Origin: a virus
Lineage: Duplodnaviria; Caudoviricetes
IMG/VR virus record: IMGVR_UViG_3300048851_000185
Location: 1 to 38,326 of that record
Length of the DNA stretch: 38,326 nucleotides
Strand: one strand, 5' to 3'
Shown here: positions 26,466 to 35,261 of the stretch, piece after piece
Layout: every line of letters begins with the position of its first letter
How positions within the stretch are numbered: position 1 is the stretch's first letter
Position numbers and translations under genes: made by a program
Notes under the pieces: generated by a model
Database searches by the model: none
What the model was told of the DNA's origin: nothing
The model's input: only the letters and a program-made list of their open reading frames with translations

Positions 26466-27301
26466 CAAACCGTCTCCCGCATTGGGATTAGGGCCGTGGG
26501 CGGTCCCGGTATCGCCATCCGCCGGTAGCGCTCCGCAGTCGCATGGCTGGCAGCGAACGCCTCGTCGGCATCCGCGGCCTGTGATTTCTTCCGTCCCTCG
26601 ATCCACGACACCGGGTCCGCCTTCCCGGCAGCGCTGAGGATGGCTTCGTTCGTCCACTTGTCACCGTGCTCCCGCCGCCACTTTGCGATCAGGGCACCCG
26701 CCTGGTTCCTCGACTTCCCCGCTGCGACCAGCAGCGCAACGCCAGCGTCGAACAAAGCCTTCTTCGGATCGACAGCCGGCGGAACGTCGGCAGTTACGTT
26801 AGTAACTGTATCTCTCTGTCCCTCTCCCTGTCCCTTGGGAGGCTCAAGGACTCCTAGAGTTATCCCTGAAGGATCGCTTTGGGATTGCTGCTGCCCGTCC
26901 TTTTGGGATCCCCAGCGCTTGCTGTTCCCCTTCTTGGAGCGAGCCCGATACGACAATTTCTTGGCCCACGCCTCGGTGGCTTTCTCGCAAACGATCGGAT
27001 GATACAAACGACCGTCGCTGCACTCGATGAAGCCCCGCAACGCGATCGTCTTCAACTTTGCCCATTTCGCGCCTGATCCGGATAGGTGGGCAAGCACCCG
27101 GTCGTCGGCTGGGAGACTGCCCGCCGGGACCTGTTGCCACGCCTTGCACCAGAGCGTCATCGCCGCCTTGAACTCATCGCCGGTCGATAGCGCGAACATG
27201 TCGCTATCGAGCAGGCGCACCGTGTCGAGCGGCATGAAAGCGAAGTCCCGAAGATCGCAGTCTACGGGTGTGAGAGGCGCAGGCAGATCAACGTTCGGCA
27301 T
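26465..27301 (-). CDS. DUF1376/YdaU-like replication initiator
   Basis: DCDLRDFAFMPLD, LWCKAWQQVPAGSLPADDRVLA, DGRLYHP motifs; start MPNVD. Confidence 0.85.
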   Translation of the reverse strand: MPNVDLPAPLTPVDCDLRDFAFMPLDTVRLLDSDMFALSTGDEFKAAMTLWCKAWQQVPAGSLPADDRVLAHLSGSGAKWAKLKTIALRGFIECSDGRLYHPIVCEKATEAWAKKLSYRARSKKGNSKRWGSQKDGQQQSQSDPSGITLGVLEPPKGQGEGQRDTVTNVTADVPPAVDPKKALFDAGVALLVAAGKSRNQAGALIAKWRREHGDKWTNEAILSAAGKADPVSWIEGRKKSQAADADEAFAASHATAERYRRMAIPGPPTALIPMRETV

Positions 27302-27303
27302 CG

Positions 27304-28728
27304 TTATGCACCTTCCCTGGAACTGTAGAAATCGCTGCCGCGGACGGCTGAGTTTGCACCGAAGAACCAGCCCAGGGCCTTGCCTGAAGGGCCGCTGCGG
27401 CGCTTGGGGACGAGGAACTCGACCTTGTTGCGCACGGCCTCCATGTCGGTCCGCCACGCCTCGTATTTGGGGCCGAACTGATCCTCTGGCTCCTGCTTCT
27501 TCAGGTATTCCTCCTCGCGGTAGACGAAGAGGATCACGTCGGCATCCTGCTCGATCTGGCCGCTGTCGCGTAGGTCGGACGGCATGGGACGCTTGTCCGG
27601 ACGCTTTTCGACGTCGCGGCTGAGCTGCGCCACCGCCATCACGACGAGGCCCTCGGACTTGGCGAACTGCTTGAGCCCGACGCTGACTTCGCTCGCATGC
27701 TCGTACGGCGACATCCCCTTCCGGCTGTGCGCCATGAGCTGGAGGTAATCGACGACGACCAGCTCCAGCTTCTCGCCCTTCGCGGCCAGCTTGCGCTTGT
27801 GGCTGCGCGCCTGGCGGATCAGCTTGGCGAGCGTGAGGCCCGAGGTTTCGTTGATCTCGATCGGCAGCTCGTCGAACCGCGCCTTGGCCGCCATCATCGC
27901 GCCCATCTCGTGCGGGCGGACCGTACCGTCGCGAACGTGCTCGTACGGTACGCCGCCCCGCGTCGAGAAGGTCATGTCGGCGAGCATGCGTCGGGTGAGT
28001 TCGTCCGCGCTCATCTCGAGCGAGAAGATCAGGACGCCGTGACCCATGCCGGCTGCGCCGATCGAGTACGACGTGACGAGCGATGTCTTGCCCATGCCGG
28101 GGCGCCCGCCGACGACGACGAGGTTCGAGGGCCGCAGCACGCCGATCGCGCCATCGAGCGAGTTGATCGTGCCGCAGCGGACGCCGATGATGGGCTTGCC
28201 GAAGCTGTCGATGACGGCCTGCGCGTATGTGCCGACGGACGCCTGCGCCGTGACCACCTGCTCGGCGAGTTCGGCGACGGCTTCGTCCGCGTTTGCAATC
28301 AGCTCCTCGCGGTTCACGGAGAGATTGCGGGCGGATGCCACAACGTCCTTCAGGCCCGCCACCATTCGGCGCCGGCTCGACAGCATCGTGATCTGGTCGA
28401 AGTACGCCTTGGTGCGCGCCTTCGGTCCGGCGTTAAGGTGGGCGGCGGCTAGGACTGAGTACGCGCGCGGCCATTCGCCGTCTTCGGCGAAGTGCGGCGC
28501 CAGCGTGACCACGTCGACCGCGCCGGCCGCGGACTGCTCCAGCATCTTGCCGTAGATCCGGCCGTAGAGCGGGACCGAGAAGTCGGCGGGGCGGCAACGA
28601 TCGGCCACCTCGTCGATCAGCCGGTTGTTGGCCAGCAGGTCGCCGAGGAAGCCGATCTCCGCCTCGACGTTGTAGAGCGGGCTGGAGGTCTCGGCCGTCG
28701 CGAACTGCTCCTCGAACGCGCCGCTCAT
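27304..28728 (-). CDS. dnaB: DnaB-like replicative helicase
   Basis: GGRPGMGKT Walker A, FSLEM, VVVDYLQL, AQLSR, SDLRDSGQIEQDAD; start MSGAF with ATGA overlap. Confidence 0.95.
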   Translation of the reverse strand: MSGAFEEQFATAETSSPLYNVEAEIGFLGDLLANNRLIDEVADRCRPADFSVPLYGRIYGKMLEQSAAGAVDVVTLAPHFAEDGEWPRAYSVLAAAHLNAGPKARTKAYFDQITMLSSRRRMVAGLKDVVASARNLSVNREELIANADEAVAELAEQVVTAQASVGTYAQAVIDSFGKPIIGVRCGTINSLDGAIGVLRPSNLVVVGGRPGMGKTSLVTSYSIGAAGMGHGVLIFSLEMSADELTRRMLADMTFSTRGGVPYEHVRDGTVRPHEMGAMMAAKARFDELPIEINETSGLTLAKLIRQARSHKRKLAAKGEKLELVVVDYLQLMAHSRKGMSPYEHASEVSVGLKQFAKSEGLVVMAVAQLSRDVEKRPDKRPMPSDLRDSGQIEQDADVILFVYREEEYLKKQEPEDQFGPKYEAWRTDMEAVRNKVEFLVPKRRSGPSGKALGWFFGANSAVRGSDFYSSREGA

Positions 28729-29720
28729 GCCCGGATACCCCGGAGCTGGTCGTTCCAATCCTTGAAGCCCCCGGCAGGCCACATGATCCGGGTCGCGTAC
28801 CCGCGCTCGATCAGTTCCTCCTCGGCCTTCTCGACCGCGACCCGTCCAGCAGCGTCGTTCTGTCCCGCGATGACGATCGAGACGATCCGCCGCGGATATT
28901 CGATGTGCGGCATCATCGCGGTGCCGAGCGTCACCCAAACCTCGGCGCCAAGCTCCTGCGCTAGCGAAAGTCCATCCTCGGGGCCTTCTGTGACGATCAG
29001 CTCGTCGCCTACGCTGTCGGCATCCGAGTTGATCCGCAGCGCGCCGCCCTTGATCCGCCCGAGACTGCGCTTCGGCTTCTCCATGCGCGCCTTCTGCTTC
29101 CCACCGTCGGCCAGGAAGATGCGCTGCAGGCCAATCAGCTGATCATCGCCGTCGACGACCGCGCCGACGAGCGCGGGGAGGTCGGGGCCGCACTCGCCGG
29201 TCGCGTCGTCGTACCAGGCCGGTGTCTTCGCGAACCGGATGGTGTGGGGGATCGGCATGATGATGCCGCGGCCGCGCAGGTAGGTTTCGGCAGGCGTGCC
29301 GGTCGCGGGAACCGCCTTCTCCCAAACCAGCCGCGCGCGATCGATGGCGCGTTGCCGATCGCCCTCGTCCTCCGCCGCGGCCTTCGCACGCTGCGCCGGA
29401 TCCACGCCGGGCAGGCTCGCCGCGCCCAGCCACTTCATCGCGTCGAGGAAGCCGAGGTTCTCGGTCTTCATCACGTATTTGACGATGTCGCCGGACGCGC
29501 TGCAGCCGAAGCAGTGATACGTGCCCTTGGCATCGTTCAGGTGCATCGAGGGCGTGCTTTCGTTGTGAAAGGCGCACAGAGCCCGCTTCTCGTTCTTGCC
29601 GGCGCGAACGACCTTGCGGGTGCGCGCGACGACATCGCTGATGTTGTAGCGCTGCTTGGCGTCGTCGATCGCCTGGCGGAAGGCAGCGTCACGCTCGGCA
29701 CGGTCCGTGGAGCGGCTCAC
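28725..29720 (-). CDS. DNA primase (CHC2 zinc finger + Toprim)
   Basis: CAFHNESTPS...YHCFGC zinc finger; YLRGRGI; TEGPEDGLS; QNDAAG; KDWND. Confidence 0.92.
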   Translation of the reverse strand: MSRSTDRAERDAAFRQAIDDAKQRYNISDVVARTRKVVRAGKNEKRALCAFHNESTPSMHLNDAKGTYHCFGCSASGDIVKYVMKTENLGFLDAMKWLGAASLPGVDPAQRAKAAAEDEGDRQRAIDRARLVWEKAVPATGTPAETYLRGRGIIMPIPHTIRFAKTPAWYDDATGECGPDLPALVGAVVDGDDQLIGLQRIFLADGGKQKARMEKPKRSLGRIKGGALRINSDADSVGDELIVTEGPEDGLSLAQELGAEVWVTLGTAMMPHIEYPRRIVSIVIAGQNDAAGRVAVEKAEEELIERGYATRIMWPAGGFKDWNDQLRGIRA

Positions 29721-30187
29721 TGTCCCCTCCCCTTCTCGGCTGCGATCATCTCAAGCCAGTGGCAGGTGATCGCATGTGCGCGTCGGATCAGTGCTTCATG
29801 TGGCGCGACTTCCTCGACCGTGGTCTGGCCGTCCAGTTCGGCACGGATGATCGATGGCAGCAGCGTCGCCAGCGTCACCGATGCGGGGTCGTCCCCGCTG
29901 CATACGGCTCCGGCATCTGCCCAGCGTCCGCCGACGAGCGCGAGCAGCGGATCCGCGAACCGCCCTCCCCACTCGTGACAACCGGCAAGGAACGTCGGCA
30001 GGTCGATCGGCGAGGCGGTGTTGGCATACGCCGCCGCGCGGTCTTCCGACTTGCCCAGCACGCGACCCATGTCGCCCCAGGTTGCGCCATCGTCGGTCTT
30101 GATCGACGTGATGACGGCGTTCTGCGTATCGACCGCGGCTGACGCGGAGAACGTACGACGGCGTCCGTGGATGTACGGTGCGTTCAT
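29717..30187 (-). CDS. Hypothetical, CII-like regulator by position
   Basis: 156 aa with HTH-like TWGDMGRVLGKSEDRAAAY; between cro and replication genes. Confidence 0.6.
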   Translation of the reverse strand: MNAPYIHGRRRTFSASAAVDTQNAVITSIKTDDGATWGDMGRVLGKSEDRAAAYANTASPIDLPTFLAGCHEWGGRFADPLLALVGGRWADAGAVCSGDDPASVTLATLLPSIIRAELDGQTTVEEVAPHEALIRRAHAITCHWLEMIAAEKGRGQ

Positions 30188-30204
30188 GCGGCAAATGCCT
30201 CTGC

Positions 30205-30438
30205 ATGGTGAAAGACAGGAAAGCGCGGCAGCGGATCGACCTCACGGTTATCGCACTTGCCAATCTGATCGCGGCGGTCACGGACGCCATGCGCAACGCC
30301 GACCTCGGCAACGACGTTGTGCACGGGTTCCTCGACGAGCTGGATCATCTGAACTGGATGACGATCCATGGCACGCCGCAGCGGGTGCTCAACGACATCA
30401 TCGAGGTCGTTCGCGGGACGGTGCCGGTTAATGACTGA
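30205..30438 (+). CDS. Hypothetical protein
   Basis: 77 aa from MVKDR, amphipathic helices, host-like codon usage. Confidence 0.5.
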   Translation: MVKDRKARQRIDLTVIALANLIAAVTDAMRNADLGNDVVHGFLDELDHLNWMTIHGTPQRVLNDIIEVVRGTVPVND

Positions 30439-30528
30439 GGGTGGCATCACGAGGACAGCCGATGGGTTGCCGTTCGCGCGAGGAAGCGTAGCCTTTCCTC
30501 TTCGCGAACAGGATGGGAGAACCGAGTC

Positions 30529-30783
30529 GTGTCCAACCATAACGCAGACGCCTTTGCTGGCTTGGAGGCTGTCGCACTCGCGGGCGGAGCCGCCGCTGCC
30601 GGTGTCATCGCTATCTGCCTGGAGCTTGTCCGGGCGGGCGTATTGCCTTCTGAAGCCGCCCAACGCGTGCGAGACATCATGGTCGACGACATCAGAGGGA
30701 ATGATGCCGAGCGCAGCGTCAAGCGCGACATCTCGGCGGCCATCAGAAAAGGCTTCGAGTGGACCGCGCCGACGCAGGAGTGA
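30529..30783 (+). CDS. Hypothetical protein
   Basis: 84 aa, GGGAG RBS, preceded by hairpin 30472-30509. Confidence 0.55.
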   Translation: MSNHNADAFAGLEAVALAGGAAAAGVIAICLELVRAGVLPSEAAQRVRDIMVDDIRGNDAERSVKRDISAAIRKGFEWTAPTQE

Positions 30784-30847
30784 GCTTGTAGCGCCGCGCT
30801 TGCAGCGTTCCGCGGATCCAGTGAAGCGCTCGTCCCTCGTGCTCTGG

Positions 30848-31111
30848 CTACTCATGAGCCGAAGCCGGGCCGACAGGGAAGCGACTGACTTCTCCTACAT
30901 GCACCGTCACACTTCGATCTGGTGCAAAAAACTCTTCGAGGTTGAGCACCATCCCGCGATCGCGAGAAGTCGCAAGCACTTCGCTGATCCTCTTAGAAGG
31001 CACGGTGTTCCGGACCCACCAGCCCTGAACAGTCGATTGGTTTGCGTGACCAAGCGTACGTGCCATAGCTCTTATGCCGCCGAAGCGGCTGATGATGGAA
31101 CGTGCAGACAT
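30848..31111 (-). CDS. Cro-like HTH regulator
   Basis: MSARSIISRFGGIRAMARTLGH...STVQGW...P; divergent from CI. Confidence 0.85.
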   Translation of the reverse strand: MSARSIISRFGGIRAMARTLGHANQSTVQGWWVRNTVPSKRISEVLATSRDRGMVLNLEEFFAPDRSVTVHVGEVSRFPVGPASAHE

Positions 31112-31146
31112 ATGCTTTTGTACGCTTTTTAAACTAGCGAATGCAA
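31111..31146 (-). promoter_or_regulatory. OR/PR-like operator-promoter
   Basis: - strand AAAAGCGTA (31121-31129) and AAAAGCATA (31111-31119); TTGCAT -35-like; AT-rich. Confidence 0.65.
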
Positions 31147-31156
31147 GGTTGTTTTG

Positions 31157-31906
31157 ATGGTGGACAAACCAACGATTGGGCAGCGGTTGATTGCACTTAA
31201 GGACCACAGCCGGCTGTCCCTCGCCCAGATTGCAGAGCGCGGAGGATACAGTGGTGCGTCATCGATCCAGAAACTGTTTCGCCCGAGCTATAATCCCCCC
31301 TCACTTTCTCGGAAGACTGCAGACAAGCTCTCTGCAGCTCTGGAGGGAACTGGAATACCTCCCATACGACCGCTTGAGATAAAAGCGCTCGCGGGAGAGG
31401 CAAACGAGATCGAAGAACTTATTGCCGATCTGTCACATTACACTCACCTGACATCGAAATTCATTTCCACTTTTTACACAGAGGCGAGCGCCGACCTACT
31501 GACGGACGCAGATGGAAAACCAATTTCGGCATTCCGGCTGCTTGAGAATAAAAACGGCCTTCACATGCCGTGCCCTGACTACCTGCAAGGTAAACAGCTG
31601 ATCGCGTTTTTTGTCGGCGTCGATGTTCTATGGCCGCGATACGAGGTAGGTGAGCTAGCGCTTTATGAGCATCGTCGTCCGCCCGTCGTCGGCGACGATA
31701 TCGTCATTCGGTTTTCAGCAGATGACGTGGACAACCGAAACCATGTCATAGGCCGGTTGCAACGCATATCGGCAACTGACTTGGTTATCGAGCAACTCAA
31801 CCCTCGCATCGACCTCCGCATCGATCGCGCGTCCATCAACTCATTTCATCGGCTCCTCACGCGCATGGAGCTCCTCCCAAATATCAAAAGCGTATTTGAC
31901 GCTTGA
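31157..31906 (+). CDS. CI-like repressor (HTH + degenerate S24 domain)
   Basis: IGQRL...LSLAQIAERGGY...SSIQ HTH; C-terminal PRYEVGE...PPVVGDDIVI...IEQLNP S24-like fold. Confidence 0.85.
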   Translation: MVDKPTIGQRLIALKDHSRLSLAQIAERGGYSGASSIQKLFRPSYNPPSLSRKTADKLSAALEGTGIPPIRPLEIKALAGEANEIEELIADLSHYTHLTSKFISTFYTEASADLLTDADGKPISAFRLLENKNGLHMPCPDYLQGKQLIAFFVGVDVLWPRYEVGELALYEHRRPPVVGDDIVIRFSADDVDNRNHVIGRLQRISATDLVIEQLNPRIDLRIDRASINSFHRLLTRMELLPNIKSVFDA

Positions 31907-31926
31907 AAAGCGTATTAAAAAGCGTA
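31886..31926 (+). promoter_or_regulatory. OL/PL-like operator: three AAAAGCGTA direct repeats
   Basis: Copies at 31886, 31906, 31918 overlapping TTGACG/TTGAAA -35-like hexamers. Confidence 0.7.
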
Positions 31927-32042
31927 CGGTCTTTTTGTCACCTGAGCACCCCAGCGGTCGTCAGACGGTGATCGCAGGCCCGTACAGCACGCTCCGTTAG
32001 GAAGCCTCTGCCGCACTCCTGCGTCCTCGCAGGAGAACGCAC

Positions 32043-33539
32043 ATGGCAACGCAGCTCAAACACACCGATTTCGCATACACTCCGACGCCGACCCCGCGCC
32101 CAAACATCCGGGTCGCCTTCATCGCAGGCGAGGCGACCACCGCGGTTCACGACGCAATGGCGAAGCTGCCGGCGGACACCCGCGACGGAACGCTAGACGA
32201 CCTGGTTTGGGACCAGGGGGTCGCAGATCCGGCGGACGTGCAGATCCTGCAGAGCATGACCTGCTCGCTGATCGAGGCGGCCCGCGAGCTGCTGTCGCCG
32301 GCTATGTACACGGCGTTTCTGCGGTGGGGCGAGACGGCGTCGCACGCCTGCTCATTCTACACGAGCGATGATGACGGAGATGCGCGTTGTGCTGCGACGG
32401 CGGAGGCCAGAGGCCTCGTTAGCGACATCACCGCCGAGAACGTGCACGACCTGCTGTTCACGACGCTGCTCGCGTGTATCGAGACCGCAGATGCGCCGGC
32501 GTTCGGCCCGTTCGACCGTAAATACGGCGAGTTCGACGTGAACGGAGGCGACCTGCTCGCGGGGCTGAGCAGGGACCTTCGCAAGTTCTCGCCGATCCCC
32601 GACCTCGTCAACGAACTGAGTTCGCGCGCTTGGAAGGCGTCGAAGTGCAGGCTTGCGATCTCGGCTGAGGTCGGCCGGGCGATCACCAGCGCGTTCAGCT
32701 TCGCACGGGGCGAAGACGTTGCTCATCTCGACACAAGCGCGTCGGAACCGGTGATGGACGGCTATGATCGCTTCATGCGCGGCCCGCTGATCCAGTGGCG
32801 TCGCGCGTACGACAGCTACCGGGAGATCAAGACGGAAGCCGACGCGTACTACAAGGATGTCGTGCTGCCAGCCGATGAGCGGTTTCAAGCGGTCAGGGGC
32901 AAGTGGCCGACGGACTACGACTTCACGAGCGATCCGGTAGCCGAGGCAGAGTGCGGTGCCGTCGATTATGCCGACATCGAAGAGCGCTGCGACGGCCTGT
33001 GGGATCAGCTGCACGACGCGAAGGTCAGGCTGTATCTTATACCGGCACCAAGCGCGGCGGAACTCGCCATCAAGCTTAAGATGTTTTCCGACAACCGCGA
33101 CAGCGATCTGTGCCGCAGCGGTGAGATCATCGAGCAGCTGATGTTCGACGCTCGGCGCTTCGGTCGGCACGGCGCTCATCTGCAGACGGACGCGACGCTG
33201 CTCGCCGCCTTCGCCCGCCGGCGCCACGAATTTGAAGCTGCCGACAAAGGTCCGTGGACGGCGGAACAGGAGGACGCTTATTTCGCCCGCGTCGATGCTG
33301 CCGAGATGGTCTTGCTCGATACGCGTGCCACTACGCTCGAGGGCGTGATCGCCAAGCTCCGCGTTGCGTTCATGAACCAAGACGGCGGCGACTGGTCGGA
33401 CCTCGCGATCTCGAACGTAGCGGACCCCAAGTTCGTCGAAGGGCTGCGCATGTCTGGCATGTACGAACGCATGGCATGGGCCGCGATCGAGGACATCGCG
33501 CGCATCGCAGGTGTCAGCCTGGCGGAGCAGGGCGCATGA
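32043..33539 (+). CDS. Hypothetical early protein with repeated helical modules
   Basis: 498 aa, AGGAG RBS; PAPSAAELAIKL and RATTLEGVIAKL repeats. Confidence 0.8.
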   Translation: MATQLKHTDFAYTPTPTPRPNIRVAFIAGEATTAVHDAMAKLPADTRDGTLDDLVWDQGVADPADVQILQSMTCSLIEAARELLSPAMYTAFLRWGETASHACSFYTSDDDGDARCAATAEARGLVSDITAENVHDLLFTTLLACIETADAPAFGPFDRKYGEFDVNGGDLLAGLSRDLRKFSPIPDLVNELSSRAWKASKCRLAISAEVGRAITSAFSFARGEDVAHLDTSASEPVMDGYDRFMRGPLIQWRRAYDSYREIKTEADAYYKDVVLPADERFQAVRGKWPTDYDFTSDPVAEAECGAVDYADIEERCDGLWDQLHDAKVRLYLIPAPSAAELAIKLKMFSDNRDSDLCRSGEIIEQLMFDARRFGRHGAHLQTDATLLAAFARRRHEFEAADKGPWTAEQEDAYFARVDAAEMVLLDTRATTLEGVIAKLRVAFMNQDGGDWSDLAISNVADPKFVEGLRMSGMYERMAWAAIEDIARIAGVSLAEQGA

Positions 33540-34075
33540 TCGGCCTGGTCGAATCCTGCGGTGACGTGTGCACGCTGGCGGACATCAAGGCAGTCCAGCA
33601 TTTTTACGAGCGTCCTCTGCAGGCCGAGCACTACCTCTTGCAGCTTCATTCCGGAGGGGAGCCGCTCAAGCTGTTCCCGTTCGACTTCGCCGAGTTGGAG
33701 GCTCGTCCTGTTCAACTCATGCCGGTGGAGCCCGGAACCCGCCTCCTCACAGTGTTCGTCGGGCAGACGGAGGATGAGCAGCCGTTCGTGGACAAATCGC
33801 CGGTCATTGCATGGGCGCTGTGCGTCGACGGTCAGGTCCGCCCGGTTACGCCTGCAGGGGTTGTTCGGGGGTTCAACCCTGCCAGCTCAGGCAATTGGTA
33901 TCCCGATTATCTGGAACTGCCGGACGGTGCGATTCACCAGTTTGGCTACGACGCGGAGCCCGAGAACTTCGACAGCATAGCGGTGGTTATCGCGCGCGAG
34001 ACACGCCGCCAGCGCAACTATGAGGCGGAGCGCGCTGCGCGTGCTGCCGCACGGTCCGAGGAGACGATCTCGTGA
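33536..34075 (+). CDS. Hypothetical early protein
   Basis: Start MIGLV by ATGA overlap; PVIAWAL...PVT motif. Confidence 0.7.
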   Translation: MIGLVESCGDVCTLADIKAVQHFYERPLQAEHYLLQLHSGGEPLKLFPFDFAELEARPVQLMPVEPGTRLLTVFVGQTEDEQPFVDKSPVIAWALCVDGQVRPVTPAGVVRGFNPASSGNWYPDYLELPDGAIHQFGYDAEPENFDSIAVVIARETRRQRNYEAERAARAAARSEETIS

Positions 34076-34446
34076 CTCCTCACAAAGCATCTCGCCTCAT
34101 TGGCGGATATGACTGGCGCACCCCGACCTTCTTCAAGGTGTTCATGCCCTACTTGCTGCAGCGCGTTGAGGTCCCCGGCCGCAAGCACGCCTTCCTGCCG
34201 CTGAACCGCAATTATGTCCCGCTCGGAATGCCCAGCAGCGAGGGGTACGTGAAATACTCGGACGCCCAGATCATCGCCTCGCATGCCGTCTACTTCGCGC
34301 GCGATCCGGCGAAGATCGAGGGCGTGTGGTGGAGCAACGACGGGAATGGCCGGCACTGGCTCTACGACGACAGCACCGCCAGCCGCGTCGATTATTTCGC
34401 TCGCCTCGAACGGCTAATGAGCCGTCAAATGGAGATGGTAGCATGA
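34072..34446 (+). CDS. Conserved hypothetical early protein
   Basis: GTGA overlap; PY...LNRNYxPLG...WLYDD...YFARL pattern. Confidence 0.7.
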   Translation: MTPHKASRLIGGYDWRTPTFFKVFMPYLLQRVEVPGRKHAFLPLNRNYVPLGMPSSEGYVKYSDAQIIASHAVYFARDPAKIEGVWWSNDGNGRHWLYDDSTASRVDYFARLERLMSRQMEMVA

Positions 34447-34691
34447 CCTGCTCATCCTGCCGCTTTTGGGATCGCTACGCCGAAAGCGACATCTCGAAAA
34501 AGTTCGGCGACTGTCGGTTCAATCCGCCGCGCATCAGCGAGACGCTACTCGCCCGGATGCTCCCCGGCCTGAGCGTACCGCTCTCGGACTATGACGACAT
34601 CGAGCGCGACATCTACGTCGCCAGCGCCTTCCCGGTCACTCACGAGGAAAGCGCGTGCGGCCGGTGGGACAGCGAGGTGCCCGTATGCTGA
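34443..34691 (+). CDS. Small Cys4 metal-binding protein
   Basis: CSSCRFW...GDCRFNPP...FPVT...CGRW; ATGA overlap. Confidence 0.75.
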   Translation: MTCSSCRFWDRYAESDISKKFGDCRFNPPRISETLLARMLPGLSVPLSDYDDIERDIYVASAFPVTHEESACGRWDSEVPVC

Positions 34692-34987
34692 CGGATCGAT
34701 CGGCTAACTCGTGCGCAACCTGCCGTCACTGGCGCCGCATGGGCCCGAGGCTCGCCAACGCCCAGCGTGACCCGTCGGCTGCCTCGGACGAGGGAACGTG
34801 CGAGCGGCGGGCACCCAGCGTCGTCCAGGGCAACTCGCCGTTCCCGGTGTCGATGTTCCCGGTTACCCACGAGAGCCGCGGTTGTGGCGAGTGGGTCGCG
34901 CGAACCGGCGCGGGCGGCGGGCCCGACGGGGGCGAGCAGCTCTCGGAAACAGCTACTGTCACCCCGTTTCGTAAGATCGCCGCGTGA
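34685..34987 (+). CDS. Small Cys4 metal-binding protein (paralog of previous)
   Basis: CATCRHW...GTCERRAP...FPVT...CGEW; GAGG RBS. Confidence 0.72.
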   Translation: MLTDRSANSCATCRHWRRMGPRLANAQRDPSAASDEGTCERRAPSVVQGNSPFPVSMFPVTHESRGCGEWVARTGAGGGPDGGEQLSETATVTPFRKIAA

Positions 34988-35000
34988 ACGGCTGCGGTCA

Positions 35001-35261
35001 TCAGCGAGCCCGGACCGGCAATTGCTTGATCAACGCATCGAGATCCGCGTCTTTGAACGCGTACGGGCGAATGCGCCGATCGGGCAGTGAGATGCGCAGC
35101 CCCCTGCGCTCCAGTGCTTTCATGTCGCGCACCTTTGACACCATGTCGCGCAGAGGCCCTTCGGAGATTACCTCCGATGACTGGTCGTCGCCGTTTGCGT
35201 CGAAGGGCACTCGGACCAGAGTTGCTTGCTCGTTCCAGGGAATGTCTATCAGATCAGCCTT
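35001..35261 (-). CDS. Hypothetical protein, start uncertain; in frame with upstream ORF
   Basis: Frame open from 35261 (KADLIDIPWNEQATLVR...) to TGA 35001. Confidence 0.5.
   Translation of the reverse strand, partial: KADLIDIPWNEQATLVRVPFDANGDDQSSEVISEGPLRDMVSKVRDMKALERRGLRISLPDRRIRPYAFKDADLDALIKQLPVRAR

Noticed and set aside
30506-30522. GAAC...GAAC as an alphaproteobacterial LexA box
   Set aside because: Spacer is 9 nt, not 7
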